Part shown: positions 9,566-19,864 of the stretch, one piece after another
Layout: the number at the start of each line of letters is the position of its first letter
Numbering within the stretch: position 1 is the first letter of the stretch
Source: Spirochaetia bacterium
GTDB lineage: Bacteria > Spirochaetota > Spirochaetia > DSM-27196 > Salinispiraceae
Direction: 5' to 3'
DNA: 64,000 bases
NCBI GenBank assembly: GCA_038204425.1
Contig: JBBRCZ010000003.1
Location: 64,001-128,000 of the forward strand
The notes under the pieces: generated by a model
What the model was told of the DNA's origin: nothing
Database searches by the model: none
The model's input: only the letters and a program-made list of their open reading frames with translations
Made by a program: the position numbers and the translations under genes

Positions 9566-10513
9566 ATGAAATTGACTAGAATGCTTATTATCACGCTGAT
9601 TCTCATGCTGGTGCTGTCTTCCTGTATAAGTTCTACCTTTTTTGGTCCTGCTTATGTCGAAGGAAAATCAGGTACAAACGTCAAAAAAGTGCGTTCGTCG
9701 TCGGTAGTTTCGGCCACCTGGGACAAGCTTTTTGAGTCTTTTGAGACCGAATGGCTACGAGACGCAAATGGTAATCCAGTCAAAAAGATAGTCACCGAGT
9801 ATGCCGATCCAGCTGGTAGAGCTGTAGGAACCCTAGTTTGGGAGACTGAATACCAACAAGTTTCGGGAAAAGTTTTGCCCTATCGCATGGCGGTTAATGG
9901 TCAGACTTTCATCAAGATTGACTATGAAGTCTTACCGGTAAAAGCAGTCGGTCCAGTGCAGCAGGACATAGGCAAAAGATATTTTTCGCGCTTGGCACGT
10001 TCCACGCTCACTAAGGGCCTAAGAGAAGATATTTTACTTGGTTTGGACAGTTTTCCAGTTCCTCTTGATCCACTAGCAAACTTCGTTGTGGAACTAAGCA
10101 AGGTTGTGCAAGTTAAGCTTGATACCAGCAAAGATCCAGTTCCTGAGCTACGCACCTTGCGTTACCTAAGCTTGGGATTTGACAATATTGTCCTGCGCCG
10201 CTTTTCGTTTTCCAACACGGATTTGACCACCGGTATTCTCAACACAGTTAAATCCTACACTTTTGAAAACGGTCCATATCCTGACTTGCACAACCAAGTC
10301 GACTACGTTTTTGAGTATCAGTGGAAGGTAATTAACGATAAAATTTGCCAGATCGAACAAAGCTGGCGTTCAATTGTAAGTAACGATGATATTACGTTCC
10401 TTGCAAAGACCGAGTTCAACCAACTGGGCGACCGATCTAGAGAAACTTGGAGTATCGAGAACGCAACAGAACGCCGTCGCGTAAATATATTTGATCAATC
10501 AATTGCTTACTAA
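9566..10513 (+). CDS. Hypothetical lipoprotein
   Basis: GGAG RBS, lipobox LSSC, 315 aa. Confidence 0.75.
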   Translation: MKLTRMLIITLILMLVLSSCISSTFFGPAYVEGKSGTNVKKVRSSSVVSATWDKLFESFETEWLRDANGNPVKKIVTEYADPAGRAVGTLVWETEYQQVSGKVLPYRMAVNGQTFIKIDYEVLPVKAVGPVQQDIGKRYFSRLARSTLTKGLREDILLGLDSFPVPLDPLANFVVELSKVVQVKLDTSKDPVPELRTLRYLSLGFDNIVLRRFSFSNTDLTTGILNTVKSYTFENGPYPDLHNQVDYVFEYQWKVINDKICQIEQSWRSIVSNDDITFLAKTEFNQLGDRSRETWSIENATERRRVNIFDQSIAY

Positions 10514-10533
10514 ATAGACAATAGTGTTTGAAT

Positions 10534-10560
10534 GCTGTTCCGGACTAGATCCGGAACAGC
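10534..10560. terminator. Hairpin between convergent genes (probable terminator)
   Basis: GCTGTTCCGGA-ctaga-TCCGGAACAGC, a perfect 11-bp stem. Confidence 0.65.
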
Positions 10561-10594
10561 TGGTTAGACGCCTACGGGAGTCTATGGCTAAATC

Positions 10595-11854
10595 TTATAT
10601 TTTTCGCAGCACGATCGTAGAATTGTGACCACCAAAACCAAAACTGTTTGACAGAGCGATCTTGATATCTTTGCTTATGGGCTTGGTGTTGATAACTGTT
10701 GGTGAGAGTGCAACCTTTGGATCAAAATTGTCAATGTTGATATTAGGCGGAACCAAGTTATGGTGCATAGCACTGACACACAGTATAGCTTCCAAGCCTG
10801 CCGTTGCTCCGAGCAAGTGTCCATGCATACTTTTGGTGCTACCTACATTTATCTTGTCTTGCTTGCCTTCAATTAGTTCAAATATTGCTTTGGATTCAGC
10901 AACGTCGCCCAATGCAGTTGACGTGCCATGAGCGTTAATGTAGTCAATTTCTGATGGAGAAATGCCCGCATCCTTACACGCCATGCGCATGGAATACAGA
11001 GCGCCTCTTCCCTCTGGGTCAGGTTGTACCAAATCATAGGCATCGCCTGACATACCAAAACCTGCAACTTCGGCCAAGATAGTCGCGCCACGTTTTTCTG
11101 CCGATTCTAAGCTTTCTATAACAAAGACTCCGGCACCTTCAGCGATAACAAAACCGTCACGCCCGATATCATAGGGACGGCTGGCTCGACTCGGTTCGCT
11201 ATTGTAGGCTGTTGAAAGAGCTCTCATATTTGAAAAGCCGGCCACACTTATTTCTACCACTGAATCTTCGGTGCCCCCTACCACGCAGCTGTCAATCATG
11301 CCACGCTCAATCATCATTGCACCAACGGCAATTGCGTGATTTGCGGTAGCACAGGCTGTCTGAGTAGCTAAATTGGGTCCCTTGATGCCATGTACCATAG
11401 AGACAAAACCGGCGCAGATGTTTCCCAACATAGCGGGGATATACATCGGACTTACGCCGCGTGGCCCGCGTGCGTTAAGGTTGCCACCGTTCTTTTGTTG
11501 AGTCGGCAATCCGCCAATTCCAGAACCAATACAAACACCGACTCGATAGGGGTCTTGCGAGACCAACTGAGCAAGCTTGGCCTGTAGTGCCGCCTCATTG
11601 ACCGAGGCCATCGCAAAGTGGACAAAAGGGTCCATCTTTTTGGCGTCCTTTAGATAGTGCGCAGGGTAGTGAGGACTAAAGTCCCAATTGCGAACTTCGC
11701 CTGCGACCTGACTCTGATACTGCTCAGGATTAAAATGACTAATGCGTTCAATGCCGCTTATACCTTGGCTTACTTTTTGCCAACTCTCGGCTACGTTGTG
11801 CCCTAGACAATTCACCGTGCCCATGCCGGTAATAACAATGCGCGTCTTGTTCAT
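10595..11854 (-). CDS. fabF: Beta-ketoacyl-ACP synthase II
   Basis: TACATA (catalytic Cys), INAHGTST, KSMHGHLLG and SNSFGFGGHN. Confidence 0.96.
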   Translation of the reverse strand: MNKTRIVITGMGTVNCLGHNVAESWQKVSQGISGIERISHFNPEQYQSQVAGEVRNWDFSPHYPAHYLKDAKKMDPFVHFAMASVNEAALQAKLAQLVSQDPYRVGVCIGSGIGGLPTQQKNGGNLNARGPRGVSPMYIPAMLGNICAGFVSMVHGIKGPNLATQTACATANHAIAVGAMMIERGMIDSCVVGGTEDSVVEISVAGFSNMRALSTAYNSEPSRASRPYDIGRDGFVIAEGAGVFVIESLESAEKRGATILAEVAGFGMSGDAYDLVQPDPEGRGALYSMRMACKDAGISPSEIDYINAHGTSTALGDVAESKAIFELIEGKQDKINVGSTKSMHGHLLGATAGLEAILCVSAMHHNLVPPNINIDNFDPKVALSPTVINTKPISKDIKIALSNSFGFGGHNSTIVLRKI

Positions 11855-11970
11855 ATGCTTCTATTATGCAGTTATCCTGAGAAAAATCAAACGGATTTTT
11901 CCAAGTTTAGAATGGCATTCTATGATATTCTGAGCGGCAATAGACCGGCAATTAGAGTTGGTTTGCTCAC

Positions 11971-13932
11971 CTATTGTTGACTTGAGTGGTAAAAATCCTG
12001 ATCGAGGCCTTTTCTTTTCTCAATTAGGATCTCTAGTATGGTTGGGTCGGCCAAGGTGCTGGTATCGCCGAGATCTTTAAACTCCAAGGAGGCAATTTTG
12101 CGAAGTATTCTGCGCATTATTTTGCCGGAGCGTGTCTTTGGCAGGCCGGGAACTACTACGATCTGGTCAGGCGTGGCAATAGGCCCAATATGATGGCGCA
12201 CCTCATTGCGCAGCTCGCCAATTAAGTCGGCCGACTCATGCCAACCTTCGTTGAGAATAACATAGGCAAAAATACCCTGACCCTTAATATCGTGAGGAAA
12301 GCCAACTACAGCTGCTTCTGCACAACCTGGGTGGGTGACCAAGGCGCTTTCTACTTCGGCTGTCCCCATGCGGTGGCCGGAGACGTTGATAACGTCATCT
12401 ACTCTGCCAGTGATCCAATAGTAGCCGTCTTCGTCACGCCGACAGCCGTCTCCAGTAAAGTAGTAGCCTGGATATGGTTTAAAGTAAGTTTGTGAAAAGC
12501 GCTGGTGATCGGCATGTATACTGCGTGCTATGGATGGCCAAGGAGACCTGATGGCGAGCAGACCACTGACATTGTTGCCGACAAGCTCATTGCCTTGCTC
12601 GTCCAAAATAAGCGGATCCACTCCAAAACAGGGCAAAGTGGCCGAGCCAGGTTTGAGATCAGTCACGCCAGGAAGTGGAGAAATAAGTATTGACCCCGTC
12701 TCGGTTTGCCACCATGTGTCAACGATGTCACAACGCTTTTGGCCGACTACCTCGTAGTACCAGCGCCACGCTTCTGGGTTGATTGGTTCGCCTACGCTAC
12801 CAAGCACCTTGAGACTCGATCTATCGTAGCGATTGACTGGGCCGTCGCCTTCTCTTGCTATAGCGCGGATTGCAGTCGGAGCGGTGTAAAATTGATTAAT
12901 CTTGAGGCGCTCAACCGTCTCCCAGTAACGTCCAGCATCGGGGTACGTTGGAATGCTTTCAAAGAGCACGGTGGTGGCGCCATTTGCAAGCGGACCATAA
13001 ACAACGTAACTGTGGCCGGTTATCCAGCCTATGTCGGCCATACAGGCATAGACGTCGCCTTCTTGATAGGCAAAAACCCAGCGGTGGGTCAACATAGTTT
13101 GTAGCAGATAGCCGGCGGTGCTGTGGGCAATCCCCTTGGGTTTTCCTGTACTTCCAGAGGTATAGAGAAAAAAAAGTGCATCTTCTGCATCAGTGTGCTC
13201 AACGGGGCAATAGGGTCTTTCGGCTTGCATTGCCTCATCCAACCAAATATCTCGTTGATCATAAAAAGGTACTTTGTTGCCAGTTCTTTTGGCAACAAAC
13301 ACGTTTTTTACGCCTGGGCAGGCCATAACCGCCTCGTCGACGGTACGTTTGAGAGGTATAGTTTTTTTCCCGCGCAAACCTTCGTCGCAGGTAATTACGG
13401 CGCAACAGTTGGCATCCAAAATGCGATCTCTTAGAGATTCGGCGGAAAACCCAGCAAACACCACCGAATGAATTGCGCCAATGCGGGCACAGGCCAACAT
13501 GGCATAGACGGCCTGTGGAATCATTGGCATGTAAATGGCTATCCGATCTCCGCGTTTAATACCATGATTACGTAGCACGTTGGCCAGCCGACACGTTTGT
13601 TGATAGAGCTCATAGTAGCTTATGTATTCTTGTTGTCCAGGCTCGTCTTTTTCCCAGATCAACGCGGTTTGAGTTGCTCGTTTGGGCAAATGCCTATCGA
13701 CACAGTTGTAACATGCATTTATTTTGCCACCCAGAAACCAAGAGCTATGGCCACTTTGCCAGTCCCAATCGAGCACGCGTGAAAAAGGATGAAACCAAGT
13801 GAGTTGACTGTTTGCAAGGTCTCCCCAAAAAGCTTGCGGGTCAGCCAAACTATGTTTGTACATTTCTTGGTAGCTAGCATTATCTTTGATAGCCGTTGGC
13901 GATTGTGATTGTGCTTTAATTGTTTCGCTCAT
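11971..13932 (-). CDS. acs: Acetyl-CoA synthetase
   Basis: [20 protein letters not shown] and [11 protein letters not shown]. Start set at ATG 13932 because of the promoter geometry. Confidence 0.97.
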   Translation of the reverse strand: MSETIKAQSQSPTAIKDNASYQEMYKHSLADPQAFWGDLANSQLTWFHPFSRVLDWDWQSGHSSWFLGGKINACYNCVDRHLPKRATQTALIWEKDEPGQQEYISYYELYQQTCRLANVLRNHGIKRGDRIAIYMPMIPQAVYAMLACARIGAIHSVVFAGFSAESLRDRILDANCCAVITCDEGLRGKKTIPLKRTVDEAVMACPGVKNVFVAKRTGNKVPFYDQRDIWLDEAMQAERPYCPVEHTDAEDALFFLYTSGSTGKPKGIAHSTAGYLLQTMLTHRWVFAYQEGDVYACMADIGWITGHSYVVYGPLANGATTVLFESIPTYPDAGRYWETVERLKINQFYTAPTAIRAIAREGDGPVNRYDRSSLKVLGSVGEPINPEAWRWYYEVVGQKRCDIVDTWWQTETGSILISPLPGVTDLKPGSATLPCFGVDPLILDEQGNELVGNNVSGLLAIRSPWPSIARSIHADHQRFSQTYFKPYPGYYFTGDGCRRDEDGYYWITGRVDDVINVSGHRMGTAEVESALVTHPGCAEAAVVGFPHDIKGQGIFAYVILNEGWHESADLIGELRNEVRHHIGPIATPDQIVVVPGLPKTRSGKIMRRILRKIASLEFKDLGDTSTLADPTILEILIEKRKGLDQDFYHSSQQ

Positions 13933-13939
13933 AACATTC

Positions 13940-13968
13940 AGTATAGGCCTGCAATTATGACTATGCAA
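13940..13968 (-). promoter_or_regulatory. Sigma-70 promoter of acs (leaderless geometry)
   Basis: TTGCAT-N17-TATACT-N7-ATG on the minus strand, with no SD sequence. Confidence 0.7.
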
Positions 13969-14120
13969 ATCATAATTAGAACCTGTTTTTAACAGAGAAC
14001 ACACGCTTTGCAAAAAAGACTCATGATTGAGACTTCCTTAGGCTATCAAACGCTCAAGCGTCAAGGCTATACTGCTTTGGAGGCATACGACTGCAATGTT
14101 TGCCAAAAAAAGAGGAAATC

Positions 14121-15665
14121 ATGATCCACGATTTACAACTGTGCGTCAGCCCAGAAAAAGCTACTAATCAGGAAGCAGTCAAAAAAGAAGTGGCAAAACA
14201 GTTGGGTGTTTCTGTCAAAAGCATCGCAGGCATACATGTCAAAAAGAAATCAATCGATGCTCGTCGACAAGAAATAAAAGTCAATTTAGCTCTCAAGGTT
14301 TATGTGGGAGAACTCGTGCCTTCAGATAAACCGCAAGCCCCAGATTGGAAGAATGTTGCGTCTGCCAAACCAGTATTGATTGTAGGCTGCGGACCAGCTG
14401 GGCTCTTTGCTGCGCTGAGGCTGCTTGAGCGTGGCTTAAAGCCCATAATTATTGAGCGTGGTAAAGATGTCAGCAATCGGAAGGTTGATATTGCTCGTTT
14501 GTGCACGCAACACTTGCTTGACCCCGAGTCCAATTTCTGCTTTGGCGCCGGAGGTGCAGGCACATTTTCCGATGGAAAACTCTATACACGCTCCAACAAA
14601 CGCGGCGATAACGATAGCATTTTGGACATTTTTCGACTGCATGGCGCAGACGACGCCATCGCTTATGAGGCCCATCCTCATCTTGGAAGCGACAATTTGT
14701 CCGAAATTGTCAAGCGTATAGCCAACACCATTATTGAGCACGGTGGAGAAATCCACTACCAAACCCGCATGGATGACTTGATAATTCAAGACCAATGCAT
14801 AAAAGGAATAATTGACGACAAGGGCAACAAAATCTTGGCAGATTCCTTGATCTTGGCTAGCGGGCATTCAGCGCGCGATGTCTATCACATTTTAAATAGG
14901 CACGGTTTGGCACTGGAAGCCAAGGATTTTGCGCTCGGCGTGCGTGTTGAACATCCGCAGGCTTTGATTGACAGCATTCAATACCATAGACCACAGCGAG
15001 GACCACATTTACCGGCTGCGAGCTACAGTCTAGTTAGTCAAATCGAAGGTCGTGGCGTGTATTCGTTTTGTATGTGTCCTGGCGGGACCATAGTGCCATC
15101 GGCTACAGCCGCCGACCAGATAGTGGTCAACGGTATGTCCAATGCCACTCGAAGCTCGGCGTTTGCCAATTCTGGCATTGTGGTAGAGGTAAAGCCAGAG
15201 GACTACCACCAGTTTTCTGAGCAAGGAGTAATGGCAGCATTGACCTACCAAATCTGGCTTGAGCAACGAGCCAAGGAGTACGGAGGCCCAGGACAGGAGG
15301 CACCAGCCCAGGCATTGGCTGACTTTGTAAGGTCGACCGTTTCGTCAACGACTCCTCGCTGTTCTTACTTACCGGGGACTGTGGTCAGCGACCTGCATCG
15401 ATGGCTACCTGCCAGCATCGCTAGACGGCTTCAGTTGGCGCTGCGCAGTTTTGACCAAAAGATGCACGGCTTTCTGACCAACGAAGCGCTTGTCGTCGGT
15501 GTTGAATCGCGAACTTCTTCTCCGCTTCGTATTCCCCGTGATGCTCAAACTCTGCAACATCCTCAAGTAAAAGGTCTGTATCCTTGTGGTGAGGGGGCTG
15601 GTTATTCGGGTGGAATTATTTCGTCGGCTATAGACGGACAAGAACTTGCCAATAGAGTTTTATAG
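14121..15665 (+). CDS. FAD-dependent oxidoreductase (COG2509-like)
   Basis: GCGPAG Rossmann motif, GGAGTFSDGKL, FCMCPGG and GEGAGYSGGI. Confidence 0.88.
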   Translation: MIHDLQLCVSPEKATNQEAVKKEVAKQLGVSVKSIAGIHVKKKSIDARRQEIKVNLALKVYVGELVPSDKPQAPDWKNVASAKPVLIVGCGPAGLFAALRLLERGLKPIIIERGKDVSNRKVDIARLCTQHLLDPESNFCFGAGGAGTFSDGKLYTRSNKRGDNDSILDIFRLHGADDAIAYEAHPHLGSDNLSEIVKRIANTIIEHGGEIHYQTRMDDLIIQDQCIKGIIDDKGNKILADSLILASGHSARDVYHILNRHGLALEAKDFALGVRVEHPQALIDSIQYHRPQRGPHLPAASYSLVSQIEGRGVYSFCMCPGGTIVPSATAADQIVVNGMSNATRSSAFANSGIVVEVKPEDYHQFSEQGVMAALTYQIWLEQRAKEYGGPGQEAPAQALADFVRSTVSSTTPRCSYLPGTVVSDLHRWLPASIARRLQLALRSFDQKMHGFLTNEALVVGVESRTSSPLRIPRDAQTLQHPQVKGLYPCGEGAGYSGGIISSAIDGQELANRVL

Positions 15666-15737
15666 CGGTCACCGGCAGCGCAGCAACTATTCTGTTTGCG
15701 TATTTTTCTGTTAGGATATTTTTAGGAGTGTGGCTCA

Positions 15738-16394
15738 ATGTTTAGAAATGCATCGATTCTGTTTGCCTCTTTTCTTATTGTTTCTTTAAATCTTTTTCTT
15801 ACTGCATCATTGGGTGCTCAACAAAGTGGCAAATATGTTTGGACAACCGTTACGTCTTCTAGTACGTCTACGAGTATAGCTGTGCAAAACAGCACTAGCA
15901 GTTCCAGCACAAGCACCACAAGCAGCACGTTGTCACCCGGTTCACTTGCAAAAACCATCTCGACTGCATTAATGATTATTGATTTGGACAATAAAAATGG
16001 CATGATTTCCGGTCATCATGGTAATGCGTTTACACTAACGCAATTGCAGGAGAACGGTTTTTCTGTACCACGCCTCTTGGTTGGCCCCGGGTTTTTGTTG
16101 GGAAAGTCAGAACAAGAAATTGAACGCATGGTTCCAATGGTGGTTTCGGGTCGTGCTGATCGTATACTGATTGGTCAGTATAAGCTGATAGAATCCGAAG
16201 ATCGTGCTGGCATCGGTCACTTTGTCCAAATTGAAACCAAGGTTACGCTTTTTGAAGTGGAAGGTATTAAAAAACTTGCCACGGTTTCACAAACCGTGCA
16301 AGCGACGGCACCCACTTTTAAAGCTGCCCAAACTTTGGCCCTAAAAGAAGCTGCCAATCAGACAGTCCAGCAACTTCTTGCTCAGTTGCCATAA
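15738..16394 (+). CDS. Exported hypothetical protein with Ser/Thr-rich linker
   Basis: AGGAG RBS, signal peptide and a long S/T tract. Confidence 0.7.
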   Translation: MFRNASILFASFLIVSLNLFLTASLGAQQSGKYVWTTVTSSSTSTSIAVQNSTSSSSTSTTSSTLSPGSLAKTISTALMIIDLDNKNGMISGHHGNAFTLTQLQENGFSVPRLLVGPGFLLGKSEQEIERMVPMVVSGRADRILIGQYKLIESEDRAGIGHFVQIETKVTLFEVEGIKKLATVSQTVQATAPTFKAAQTLALKEAANQTVQQLLAQLP

Positions 16395-16400
16395 ACGAGG

Positions 16401-17792
16401 TTGCTTGTGATCAATTCTTCTAAAATTCAAGACGGTTTGATAATGTCATTGGCTAGCCCTGTTGGGGTCTCAGCTTTGGCTATAATTCGTTGTAGTGGCG
16501 CGGCGTGCGTTGAGACTCTTGCGGCAAGCTTTTCACGACCCAAGGCACTCAACGCGGCACAAGGTAAGCAGATGGTCTACGGAATGCTCTTAGACCAGAC
16601 CGGTCTGGTACTTGATGAAGTACTATGCGCGGTTTTTAGACAGCCTGCTTCTTACACCGGCGAAGAAATGGTAGAAATTTCTGCTCACGGCTCGCCTGCC
16701 GGAGTGGAGGCAATCTGCCAACACTTACTGAGAATTGGCTTTAGACAAGCACAAGGCGGCGAGTTTACGCTACGGGCCTTTATCAACGGAAAACTTGACC
16801 TAAGCAGGGCCGAAGCTGTCAACGAAGTCATAGCTGCTCAAACTCGCAAGGCACATGCCCTTGCCATGCATCGCCTCGGTGGAGCGGTTGAACGTACTAT
16901 AAATTTGCACAAAAAAGCGCTTACGCAATTGATGGCCATGGTCAGTATTCAACTTGACTACCCCGAAGAAGAAATTGAAGAGATTCACTTGCCTCTCAAT
17001 ATCATCCAAGGTGAGAGAGATGCCCTCGATGCTTTGGCCCAGACCTATAAAAGTGGCAAGATATATCAACAAGGCGTACGTATAGCCTTGGCAGGACGAA
17101 CCAATGCCGGCAAGTCAAGTTTGTTTAACGTCTTGGTACGCGAAGAACGGGCCATAGTTTCAGATATTCATGGGACTACTCGCGACTGGATTGAAGCTCC
17201 TTATTCTTTGGATGGTATTCCAATTAGACTTTTTGATACGGCGGGACTGCGACAAGCACGAGAATGGGTGGAACAAGAAGGTATTAGACGTAGCGGTATG
17301 GTTATAGAGAATGCTGGTCTAATTATTTACGTGGTAGATGGTTGCGTCGGTCTCGATGCCGAAGAGCTTGACTTTCTTGAACAGCTGAAGCAAAAAAAGC
17401 AGACGGCCATTGTCGTTTGGAGTAAGTCTGACGCTGCTGGCTGGAAGGCGCCTGAACCTGCGCGTCTCTTTGGCCACGAGCTCGTAGCTTTGTCAACGCA
17501 AACCTTAGCTGGCCTAAATGAACTCTTAAAGAGTCTCACTTTAAATATTGGTGCCGAGTTAAGTTCAGAAGACAATGAAGTATTGATCGACAGCCAACGA
17601 CAGCATTTGCTCTTGCAGCAGGCCGTTGCCAGCTTGGATCAAGTTATGGAAGCAGTTGAAGCCAATTTGAGTATGGATTTGATCGCTTTGGACCTACAAA
17701 ACGCCCTGCAAGCTTTGGGTGAAATTACCGGCGAAGTAAGTAATGAAGACGTTTTGGATGTGGTGTTTGGGAATTTTTGCGTCGGAAAATAA
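16401..17792 (+). CDS. mnmE: tRNA modification GTPase MnmE
   Basis: GRTNAGKSS, GTTRD, DTAG and C-terminal FCVGK. Confidence 0.97.
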   Translation: MLVINSSKIQDGLIMSLASPVGVSALAIIRCSGAACVETLAASFSRPKALNAAQGKQMVYGMLLDQTGLVLDEVLCAVFRQPASYTGEEMVEISAHGSPAGVEAICQHLLRIGFRQAQGGEFTLRAFINGKLDLSRAEAVNEVIAAQTRKAHALAMHRLGGAVERTINLHKKALTQLMAMVSIQLDYPEEEIEEIHLPLNIIQGERDALDALAQTYKSGKIYQQGVRIALAGRTNAGKSSLFNVLVREERAIVSDIHGTTRDWIEAPYSLDGIPIRLFDTAGLRQAREWVEQEGIRRSGMVIENAGLIIYVVDGCVGLDAEELDFLEQLKQKKQTAIVVWSKSDAAGWKAPEPARLFGHELVALSTQTLAGLNELLKSLTLNIGAELSSEDNEVLIDSQRQHLLLQQAVASLDQVMEAVEANLSMDLIALDLQNALQALGEITGEVSNEDVLDVVFGNFCVGK

Positions 17793-17857
17793 AGCCGTTG
17801 ACTAGCGCCCGTAGAGCACGATGACCGACGCATTGAAATTCTTTCTAATAAAGGTAT

Positions 17858-19864
17858 ATGTTTATCACTATGGACTTTGACGCAATTGTAGTGGGGGGCG
17901 GGCACGCAGGCATTGAAGCTGCGATGGCACTTTGCAAACTCGGTTACTCCACGATGATGATAACACAGAATCTCGACACCATTGGCAAGATGAGCTGTAA
18001 TCCAGCTATTGGCGGTATGGCCAAAGGCAACATGGTGAGAGAGATTGACGCTTTGGGTGGCTGGATGGGCAAGTTGATCGACGCAACTATGATCCAGTTT
18101 CGCATTCTTAACAGGCGCAAGGGGCCGGCGGTTCAAAGCCCGCGAGCTCAGGCCGACAAAATAAAGTATCAACTCTATGCCAAGCAAGTATTGGAAAAAG
18201 AACCGCGCCTAAGGCTTTTTATGGACACCGTGGTTGATTTTATCCATGAAGAAGTGGCACCCAAAGACGGCATTCGCAGCTCAAAGCGCATCACTGGTGT
18301 AATCACCGAACGCGGTCACCAAATTTGTGCCAAAGCCGTAGTCTTGACTACCGGAACTTTTCTCAACGGGCGCATATTCGTAGGCGAACACAGTGCAAGT
18401 TCTGGACGTTTGGGGGAGCCGGCCGCACTCGGTCTGGACCAAGGACTGCGTAAACTTGGCTTTAGTCTTGGGCGCATGAAAACAGGCACGCCAGCGCGTA
18501 TTCATCGCGATAGCATCGACTTCTCGCGTGTTGAAGAGCAGTGGGGTGACAGCGAAGTCGTGCCGTTTAGTTTTGATGCTTCGCCCTTGCGACAAGAGCA
18601 AGTTGCTTGTTACATAACCTATACCAATCCAAGTACCCACCAAATTATTAAAAACAACATGCACCGCTCGCCTTTGTATTCTGGCAAAATTGAAGGAATT
18701 GGACCACGTTACTGTCCGAGTATCGAGGACAAAGTGGTTAAGTTCCCCACACGCGATCGCCACCAAATATTTATAGAACCTGAAGGTGCAGATACCAAAG
18801 AGATGTACCTCAACGGCGTCAGTTCTAGCTTGCCTGAGGACGTCCAAACTTCGTTTATTCATACTCTGGCAGGTTTGGAAGAAGCCGTTATTATGCGTCC
18901 CGGTTATGCGGTCGAATATGACTTTATGGACCCCAGTCAACTGTACCCAAACCTTGAGACTAAGTTGCTGAGTGGACTTTTTGTGGCAGGCCAAACTAAC
19001 GGAACTTCGGGCTACGAGGAAGCCGCTGCTCAAGGCTTAGTCGCCGGTCTCAATGCCGGCCGCTATTTGGCCGGTGAGCCAGCCTTTTTGCTGACTCGAG
19101 CCGAAGCCTATATTGGCGTCATGATTGACGACTTAGTGACACTGGGCACCAAAGAACCCTACCGTATGTTTACAAGTCGAGCAGAACATCGCATAAGTCT
19201 ACGCCACGACAGTGCTGACCTGCGCTTGTTTGAACGGGCGCGTGAAATCGGCATGCACGATGATGCTGCTTGGAAGAACTTCTTGCAAAAAAAAGAAGGC
19301 ATGCTGTCTATCAAGGACTCTCTCGCTCAGCGAAGATTAAGCGAAGCAGATGTGGCAGGCAAAGAACTTAAGATCAATGTTGATGAAATTTTTCCTAAAG
19401 ACAAGGCCTACGGTAAGACTTTTTGGCAGTTGTTAAAGAGTCCTTTGGTTGATCTTGAGACCTTGCGCTCGCTTGATCCGCAATGCTTTGGCGACTTTCC
19501 GCTTGATTGGTATCGCCAGGTTGAACTCGACGTCAAGTACGAAGGTTATGTTGTGCGCCAAGAGCAACAGATAGTGCGTTTTAATAGAATGGAACACATG
19601 CGTGTGCCTGCAGACTTTGACTATCAAGGTATAACTGGACTATCCAACGAAGCGCGTGAGAAATTTCTTAAAATCACACCGCTTTCTATCGGCCAAGCTG
19701 GAAGAATTCCCGGCGTTCGCAACGCTGATTTGGCATTGCTAATGGTGGCCGTGGCACGCCGACCCGGGCAGGAAGCACTTGATCGAAGTCTTTCTGAAGA
19801 CTTTCTGCAAGCAAGTAAGACTTTTGAAGAAGTGACTATTGGCTCCGATGATGGTGACCTTTGA
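17858..19864 (+). CDS. mnmG: tRNA uridine-5-carboxymethylaminomethyl synthesis enzyme MnmG (GidA)
   Basis: GGGHAG, MSCNPAIGG, RYCPSIEDK and GQTNGTSGYEEAA. Confidence 0.98.
   Translation: MFITMDFDAIVVGGGHAGIEAAMALCKLGYSTMMITQNLDTIGKMSCNPAIGGMAKGNMVREIDALGGWMGKLIDATMIQFRILNRRKGPAVQSPRAQADKIKYQLYAKQVLEKEPRLRLFMDTVVDFIHEEVAPKDGIRSSKRITGVITERGHQICAKAVVLTTGTFLNGRIFVGEHSASSGRLGEPAALGLDQGLRKLGFSLGRMKTGTPARIHRDSIDFSRVEEQWGDSEVVPFSFDASPLRQEQVACYITYTNPSTHQIIKNNMHRSPLYSGKIEGIGPRYCPSIEDKVVKFPTRDRHQIFIEPEGADTKEMYLNGVSSSLPEDVQTSFIHTLAGLEEAVIMRPGYAVEYDFMDPSQLYPNLETKLLSGLFVAGQTNGTSGYEEAAAQGLVAGLNAGRYLAGEPAFLLTRAEAYIGVMIDDLVTLGTKEPYRMFTSRAEHRISLRHDSADLRLFERAREIGMHDDAAWKNFLQKKEGMLSIKDSLAQRRLSEADVAGKELKINVDEIFPKDKAYGKTFWQLLKSPLVDLETLRSLDPQCFGDFPLDWYRQVELDVKYEGYVVRQEQQIVRFNRMEHMRVPADFDYQGITGLSNEAREKFLKITPLSIGQAGRIPGVRNADLALLMVAVARRPGQEALDRSLSEDFLQASKTFEEVTIGSDDGDL

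Noticed and set aside
18281..19033. 250-aa antisense ORF
   Set aside because: It lies within mnmG on the opposite strand and has no motifs.
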